A DNA stretch of 64,000 nt from Flaccisagitta enflata. Its lineage: Eukaryota. The DNA lies in assembly GCA_965153355.1 (NCBI GenBank), contig OZ231126.1, positions 39,990,001 to 40,054,000 on the forward strand. The letters run 5' to 3'. The number at the start of each line of letters is the position of its first letter. The stretch's first letter is position 1. Below, one piece after another: positions 56,173-64,000 of this stretch. The notes beneath the pieces are model-generated. The model was not told where the DNA came from. It did not search any database and worked only from the letters and a program-made list of their open reading frames with translations. The translations under genes were made by a program, and so were the position numbers.

Positions 56173-57957
56173 GGGGTATTTGTAGAATTCAGGGGGTATT
56201 TATAAAATGGAAACCCAGGTTCAATGAAGGAGAGGGGTATTTATGGCTGGTCATGGAGATATAAGGGGGTATTTGTAGAATTCTGGGGGTATTTATAAAA
56301 TGGAAACCCAGGTTTAATGAAGGAGAGGGGTATTCATGGCTGGTCACGGATATATGAGGGGGTATTGGTAGAATTCAGGGGGTATTTATTAAATGGAAAC
56401 CCAGGTTCAGTGAAGGAGAGTGTTATGACAGTCATGATATAAGGGTATTTGTAGATTTCTGGGGTATTTATAAAATGAAGCAGGTTCAATGAAGAGGAAA
56501 GGGTGTTTATGGCTGTGTAGTGGAAGGAGTATTTGTAGAATTCTGAGGTATTCATAAAATGGAAACCCAGGTGTGAAGGAGGGCTGACATGGCTGGTCAT
56601 GGAAGATATCGAAGTGACTGTAGAATTCAGGGGGTGATAAGATGGGAACCAGTACAATGAGAAGGAGGAGAGTCTTTGGTCGTGAACATAAGTATTGTAG
56701 AATTGGGAGATAATCAAGTAGAGCGGAAGGAAAGAGTGTTTATGGCTGGTCATCAAATTATCGGTATTTGTCAGTATCAAAATGGAAACAGGTTCAATAA
56801 GGAAGGGGTATTTATGGCACAGTCATGGAAATATAAGAGGGTATTTAATAACCTCAGGGGTATTTATAAAATGAAACCAGGTTGTGAAGGAAGAATGACT
56901 ATAATGCTGAATCACAAAGAAATTATCATGGCACTCAGAAATTATTTTATAAAATGAAACCCAGACTACAATGAGGAAAGTGACAGTCTTGAAGATATAA
57001 GAGAAGTGTGTAACACTCAGAGAGTATTTATAAAATGAAACAAGTTCCAATGAAGGAAGGTTGCATATTTGGTCTTGGAAGTATAAAGAAGTATTTATGG
57101 CACTCAGAGGTATCTATAAAATGGAAACCCAGGTTCAATGAAGGAAAGATCGGAAGAGCGTCGTGTAGAAGATAAGGGTATTTATGCACTCAGGGTATTT
57201 ATAAAATGAAACCAGGATTTAATGAAGGAAGTATTTTATGGCTGGCTTGGAGATATAAGGGTATTTGCTTGGCACTCAGGAGTATTTATAAAATGAAACC
57301 GGGTTCAATGAAGGGGAGGGTATTTATGGCTGGTCTTGGAGATATAAGGGATTTGTAGCACTCAGGGGTATTTATAAAATGGAAACCCGGGTTCAATGAG
57401 AGGGGAATTTATGGCTGGTCATGGAGATATAAGGGGGTATTTGTAGAATTCAGGGGGTATTTATAAAATGGAAACCCAGGTTCAATGAAGGAGAGGGGTA
57501 TTTATAGCTAGTCATGGAGATATAAGGGAGTATTTGTAGAATTCTGGGGTATTATAAATGGAAACCGGGTTCAACAGAGAGGAGTATTTATGGCTATTCT
57601 TTTGAGAATAGGGGTATTTTGTAAGTCAAAGTTATTTATAAAATGAAAACCCAGGTTCAATGAAGGAGAGGAATTATTTGTAGTGATCATGGAGATATAA
57701 AGGGGTAATTGTTGAATTCGGGGTATTTATAAAATGGAAACCCAGGTTCAATGAAAAGGAGGGGTATTTATGGCTGGTCTTGGATAAATGAGGGATTTGT
57801 AGAATTCAGGGGTATTTATAAATGGAAACCCAGGTACAATGAAGGAGGGTATATTTAAGGGGGTATTTTGAGATGGAAACCCAGCTGTTTTGTTGAAACC
57901 TCATTTGCATATTATGGTGAGATTCTGTTTTTCCCTCATAACTCTTGAACTATTTAT
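56173..57957 (-). repeat. Inverted, error-rich copy of the 92/93-bp satellite ending in the mirrored spacer
   Basis: GGGTATTT units; 57880-57957 is the reverse complement of ~53154-53230; followed by Ns. Confidence 0.9.
57147..57168 (+). other. Illumina TruSeq adapter sequence (assembly contamination)
   Basis: AGATCGGAAGAGCGTCGTGTAG, a 22-nt match to the start of the read-2 adapter. Confidence 0.92.
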
Positions 57958-57967
57958 NNNNNNNNNN
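57958..57967. other. Assembly gap
   Basis: Run of 10 N. Confidence 1.
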
Positions 57968-58493
57968 CTGTGTCCAATTATCGTCCACGTGAAAGCCGTC
58001 AGAGCAGGGCCTCCCTCATAAACTAAAAGTCAAATGGCCTGAAATTTATATCCAATCATAAATTATGAAAATAAAACATGTAAGCCATAGGAGGAGCCTC
58101 CTGAACAATATGTCAAATGGCCCTGTCATTAGTTTTTTTCTGATCAAAAAGTCAAATAGGCCCGTAATTCGTGTCCAAAATGTGCATTTGCGCATGAAAT
58201 GGAGGAAATGGAAAAAAAAGGAAAAAATCTAGGAGGAAAAAAATGGTGGAAGTGGCACGAATACCTAACCACTGCAATTGATTGAGCACATATGTTTCAA
58301 AAATCTTTTTTATGGCATATAGGTACAGGCTAATGATCACTCCTTCATGGGCACTTCGCTCCATGGTACAAAAAAGCTTAATGGCAGGTTAATGGCAGCT
58401 AAAGTTAAAAAAAAAAAGAGTTCAATATTTCAATCTTTGATTCGTCGAGAGAATGCTTTGACAGCTTTCAGTTTGATTGACAGAAAGAAAGAG

Positions 58494-59098
58494 TAACACC
58501 CCTGACATAATTAGGCGAACTGGAAAAATGATCAAAATCGAGACTAAAAATGCATTGGGAAGGCTGAAATTTGAAACAGAGATAACTCAGATATAGTACT
58601 CTCAAAAACCGAGGCGAAGTAGAGTATCTGCTCAATGGTGTGGCCCTGGGATCGTTATATGCCAGAAATCTGGCACACAATTTTGACTGATTTTGACATG
58701 GACAATTACCTATAAGGAGACGCCATAAACTAGTCTATTTTTTCAATATAAAATGGAAGAAAACAGCCATTCCCAGGTTGTTACATAACTTCCACACAAA
58801 AGTGAGGTTATGGCGCAAAAACACAGTCAGTGACTGCCCTACAAAGTAAAAGAACCCCATAAGAAAATGATGGTTTCTCCATTAAATTCTCTCTTACCCA
58901 AAAGACATTATCCTGTTATCAATGTAAAGAAGGTATCAGAAACTTTTGGTTTGCACGAATTGGATATATTTTGAAGTAAACCTAGCAGAAACAACATATT
59001 TCCAAGTTGTTATCAAACAGAGACCCTTTGTGAGCACAATTTAAGGTAATAATAGACAAACTCTGATCCCAGTTCGCCTAATTTTGGCAGGGGTGCTA
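58494..59098. mobile_element. TIR element of the AATTAGGCGAACTGG family (also 44969-47406 and a fragment at 43736)
   Basis: CACCCCTGACATAATTAGGCGAACTGG ... CCAGTTCGCCTAATTTTGGCAGGGGTG. Confidence 0.7.
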
Positions 59099-59280
59099 AA
59101 AGAAAGAGAGAAAGAGAAAAGGAAGAAAGATGAAATTAATTCATTTTGTAGTCACGACTTGAAAAGCAGAAGTCGGCCTTTGATTGCTTCTTGATCGGCA
59201 CTTCTTAACGAACCCCGCTTTCCATAAATTCTTCCTCATAAAACATTAGCGAGAATACACCAGCTGAGGCCGCGTGTTCG

Positions 59281-59326
<46 letters not shown>

Positions 59327-59821
59327 AGTCAGAGAGAGAGGTCAGAGACAGACACTGATGGAAGAGATGAAAAAAAAGAAGAAGAAAAGAAAAAAAAAAA
59401 AGAAGAAAAAGAAAACGAGGATGGAGAAGTAAGAGAAGAAACTGGAGAGACCAAACATGTATGGATATATCATACACTGATGAAAACAATCGTCAAAGAA
59501 AAGATGAATAATTCTTTTTCAATCTATCATTTGACACCCTGACTCAGAAAATTGCAAATCATTTTCAAGAACACGCACTAGGAAGAAGAAGAAACCAAGG
59601 CCACCCAGAAGTATGCTCGGTGACTCGCCCACTAATGCGTGAACGAGGAGTTGATAACTAGACCACAACAGAACACGGTTGAGGGAGGAAAAGTTACTGC
59701 TTTAGTGCTTGTTAGGCTGTGTTGGCGGGTGGGCTGATATCACTGACTTCTTACTGATGCATGTCAGAACGGAGTGAATGGAGCGTCCTACTTCCAGCAC
59801 TAGCGTAAACGCGTGCAATAT

Positions 59822-60027
59822 TCATATGAATTGAGCAACATTTTCTCCTAAATAACTAAATGGATAAAGACCTTCATCTTCTCTGAAGATATACCAGTAA
59901 TGGCGGCTGTCGCCGTGAGGAAAAAGTTGTAAGCATTGGTCACTTATCACCAAACTTTTGTCTACAGTGACTGCAATTTCTTCTACTTGTTGGATCAAAT
60001 CAAACGCAACTGTATGTATTGATTCCA
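59822..60027 (-). CDS. Possible isolated terminal exon, product unknown
   Basis: GATTTTCAG| acceptor directly before a 68-codon non-repetitive frame (ESIHTVAFDLIQQVEEIAV...). Confidence 0.3.
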
Positions 60028-60749
60028 CTGAAAATCAGAGAAAAATAGAACTGAGCCAAATGAGCTAGATGAGCAAACATACTCAAAATCACTCAACCAG
60101 ACAACCAGCTATGCTCACTGATATACTTTCTTGTATTTGCATGCTCAAATTAAAACATTTATTTCTTTATCCATTTTAAAAATCAGAAAAAAAACCTAGA
60201 AAACTTGAAAACACGGTCACAGATGAGCAGCTCATTGACATGCGTTCTTGTATCTGCTTGCTTAAACATGTATCAAAATATTCATTCATTTATCGCATTT
60301 AAAATCAGAAAAAAAGACTGAGCTAAATAGGCTAAATGAGCTAAAATGCTCAAAAACACCCTCATAGATGAGCAGCTATGCTCATAAACATATTTTCTTG
60401 TATTTGCATGCTCAAACCAACTGATGTAATCGTACCGCAGGCAACGGGTAGCGTGCTCGCTATTACTCATCATTTTGACTAATAGCATAAGCGTAATCGT
60501 AGTTCCTCAATTTCTGTGGACAGCTCGTAAGCGTAGCGCGGCGTTCATCATTCAGCGGTATGCGCGTACGCCAAAATCTGATAGACCAGACAGACAGACG
60601 CATCGAACAGCAAACAGCCCATCTCCCCATTGATGCAAATTTGTTTTGAAGTACTGTGGTCCAACTCATGAGCGTCCACGCTCATCACTAGGTCGATCAG
60701 TTGTTTGCTTCTTGGCCAATACAGGTGAAAAACAGAGCAAAACATCCAA

Positions 60750-60802
<53 letters not shown>

Positions 60803-61467
60803 TCCTTCTTTCTTTTTTTCTTTTTTTCTTTCTTCTTTTTTTCTTTTTATCTTTTCCTCTTTTTCTTTTTTTTCTTTTTTTTTCATTTTTTCCTACTACC
60901 TTTTGTTCTTTTCTTTAGATGACTCGCATCTCTATAAGAAACTTTGTCCGTCCGTCTGTCTGTCGGTTGGTCGGTTGGTCTGTGGTGATCGGGTTAAGGA
61001 ATGATGAAAATGCATATAATCCCGGAAATATCTTAGATTGTGCATCATTCCTAAGGACGATGCAATATTGCATCATTGTTAACAAAAAGCTAAGCCACGG
61101 CATGTGGACGCATCGTTGTACCCCGGAGTACTTGTTTCTTCTTTTCCTCTTTTTCTTTTCTTCTTTTCTTCTTTTCTTCTTTTCTTCTTTTCTTCTTTTC
61201 TTCTTTTCTTCTTTTCCCTTTTCCTCTTTTCTTCTTTCTTCTTTTCTTCTTTTCTATTCTTTTTCTTTTTCTTTTTCTTCTTTTTAGTTGCGGAGGACAC
61301 GCAACCCTATAAGAAGGCTGTCCATCATCCAGTCCGTCTAATACGGTCTAATGGTGAGTCAGTTAGAGGAAAGTGTGGCATATTTTCTGCCTCTGCCCAC
61401 CTCTCACAACTGGTGTGTGTATCCAGCTGCTCTTCGTTTCTTTCTTTCTTTCTTTCTTTCTTTCTTG

Positions 61468-61498
<31 letters not shown>

Positions 61499-61778
61499 GC
61501 TTTCTTTCTTTCTTTCTTTCTTTCTTTTTCTTTTTTTTTCTTTCTTTTTCTTTTTCTTTGCTTTCTTTCTTTCTTTTCTTTCTTTCTTTCTTCTTTCTTT
61601 TCTTTCTTTCTTACTTCGTTCCTTCTTTTTTTCTCTTTTTATTTGCTCAGTCATTCCCTCACGATTGTTTGGTCACTTGGTTATGTGAAGGTTCAAAACC
61701 GCGCAAAACATCCACTTTTTAAAGTTTACACTCATTACTTCATACCTTCATTTTTTTTCCTTTCTTTCTTTCTTTTTT

Positions 61779-61846
<68 letters not shown>

Positions 61847-62429
61847 GCATTCATTCATTCATTCATTCATTCATTCATTTATTCATTCATTCATTCATTC
61901 ATTCATTCATTCATTCTATCTTACAATTTGACCAAAATTGGCTTTAATGTGCAAGTGCGGTAGAGAATTGAGTTGTACTCGTTGTGTACCCGAAATCGCT
62001 ATGGTACGCGATCAAGGATAGGTGGAATTGTAAGCGTAATCGTATTTGCTCATGTGGTAACGTACGCGGAATCGTAATCGCTCTAAAAAGCATCACGTTG
62101 CCATCGCTGGCTCAAACAAACAAACATAAATACGTTCCTTTACTGATCCTGCTTAAAATCATAATAAATTGAAAAAAAAAATCAATTTGAATTTTTTGTA
62201 AATAAATTTTCAAAAAATCATAACGCTAAAAATATTTGTTTAAGGGCTTGTGCGATCAATGGAGATTCTCAACTTCCCCATTAGAAAATCAAAACCATGT
62301 TTCTCTCCAATATGTCAAAAAGTCGAAGACTGACTTCGACTTTTTTCCCGATCATGGAAAGATAGCCTTTGTTATAGCCATTGTGATAGTCATGAATGGT
62401 AAAGAACTTTTTAATGAGTAAAAATGGTA

Positions 62430-62960
62430 CAGTAGATCTTACTAGACTTGAGGTAACGGGGGCAAGCATTATGGAAAAACCAATGAAGCTAGGGGAGTGA
62501 TATTTTGAATATAAACTAATAAAAAAATAATTCATTCCACATAATAGTTGGTTGCAATGGGAACACATTTCTATGTATTCCTGCTATAATAACAATATTC
62601 TAAGAGATTTTTTGAGGGAACATTGCTTAAAATTAAATTTGCTACAGCTTTCCCATAATATCGCTGGTTTGGCCGTTGCTAGGGAGTGTATCTATGTGTG
62701 ACAGCCCCTAGCAATGGCAAAACAAGCGACATTCTTTTGGAACATATCATAGGAAAGTTGTAGCAAATTTAATTTTAAGCAATGTTCCCTCAAATATTTC
62801 TCAAAATATTGATATTGTTGCAGGAATACATGTAAATGTGTTTCCATGGCAACCAACTATTATGGGTAATGAATATTTTTTTTTCAAATATCAGTCCTCT
62901 TAATTTATTTGTTTTTCCATATTCTTGCCCCCGGTATCTCAAGTCTAGTAAGATCTACTG
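62430..62960. mobile_element. Nearly fully palindromic TA-flanked MITE related to 45125-47187
   Basis: TA|CAGTAGATCTTACTAGACTTGAG ... CTCAAGTCTAGTAAGATCTACTG|TA; the arms pair along most of the length. Confidence 0.85.
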
Positions 62961-63358
62961 TACCATTTTAAAAAAAGGAAAACAAGCTAAGAAACAGAAA
63001 TTGAACTAAATAAACTTTTACTCATTTAGCTTCTAGTCATCCGTCGTTGACCTGTACCCTATCTGAACTTTGTCACTTATGTGGCTCAGAGATGGTTACC
63101 AGGTTACCTAATGTCGCCACCAAACAACATCAACTAGTAAACCTCCAGTCAAGTTTATAGAGCATGGTGGAAGTGGAACACAGGAATATCGGGTTTCAAA
63201 GTTTAGGCTGCCCATGAATCTCCCAACAACTTATGATGTTGGCTGGAGGGAAACTTTCTTCACAATCCGAGAGTTTATAAATATTCTAAGGCAAAAGAAG
63301 CAGGAAACGACAACCACATCGGAAAATCCATTTATAATTTCCAACGCAAATTCTTGAT

Positions 63359-63415
<57 letters not shown>

Positions 63416-64000
63416 AGACAGACATGTAGTAAGAGGCAAAGAGGCGAACAAAAAGTGAGGCAGGACAAATAACGTAGAGTTGCGATATCCGCGCGGTTAG
63501 GGGCATGGGCAAAATGCGCTTTTTTCGATTTTTTACTCGAGAATTACGGACCGATAGACGGATGGGCGAACGCATGGACGGACAAAGTCTTTTTATACAC
63601 TGTATAATATACAGTCAGGAGTGTGCGACAAAAAACTCTTTGAAAGACTGACAAAGTGACCGGTGATAGAAAGAGACAGTCACAAAAAGGCGGATAGACA
63701 CGGTAACAGACACACACACAGACCGAAAATTTGTGAGGGCAAAGTCTCCTTGTTCCCTTCTCGGCTTTAAATCATTTCCATGAACCATTCCCAAAAGTTT
63801 ATTCAGTGTAATTATCATATTCGAGGTTTTATTGTCTTTCCTCCCAATTTTTCTTAATTTCTTCCCAAAACCTTGGGCCTCTATTTTCCTAACCAGACGC
63901 CTCCTGAGCCAATTCCGTCAAGAGGAAAAGGGAGAGACAGACGAGATTACGGGAAATGAGACATGGTTAGATAAAGACTAACGAAGAAACGCGCAGCTGG

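Noticed and set aside
63112-63357. ~80-codon plus-strand frame (KPPVKFIEHGGSGTQEYRVSKFRLPMN...)
   Set aside because: No convincing splice acceptor or recognisable domain; too short to call.

Overview
Repeat-rich eukaryotic (animal-like) genomic DNA with dense (CT)n, (CA)n, (GAAA)n and (ATC)n microsatellites; most entries in the ORF track are microsatellite artefacts. The main feature is a 16.9-kb Bel/Pao LTR retrotransposon (15313-32195; ~908-bp LTRs, 5-bp GTCAT target duplication) with a decayed gag-pol. It has three unusual properties. (i) There is no tRNA-type primer-binding site; the 11 nt at the LTR/leader junction are instead exactly complementary to a site inside the LTR, as in self-priming elements. 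(ii) A ~5.8-kb post-integrase region holds an apparently spliced, multi-exon accessory gene that runs into the 3' LTR. (iii) Gag has a very long polyglutamine-rich N-terminus. The rest of the window holds many DINE-1/HINE-like non-autonomous Helentrons of two families, a fragmented Penelope-like element with a degenerate hammerhead-like motif, TA-flanked and hAT-type MITEs (including a nested stack at ~44.9-47.6 kb), an 81-bp tandem array that stays open on the minus strand, a candidate orphan host gene, and a 92/93-bp satellite. The inverted half of that satellite is noisy, contains an Illumina adapter sequence and ends at an assembly gap. All calls were made by eye; no database searches were run.
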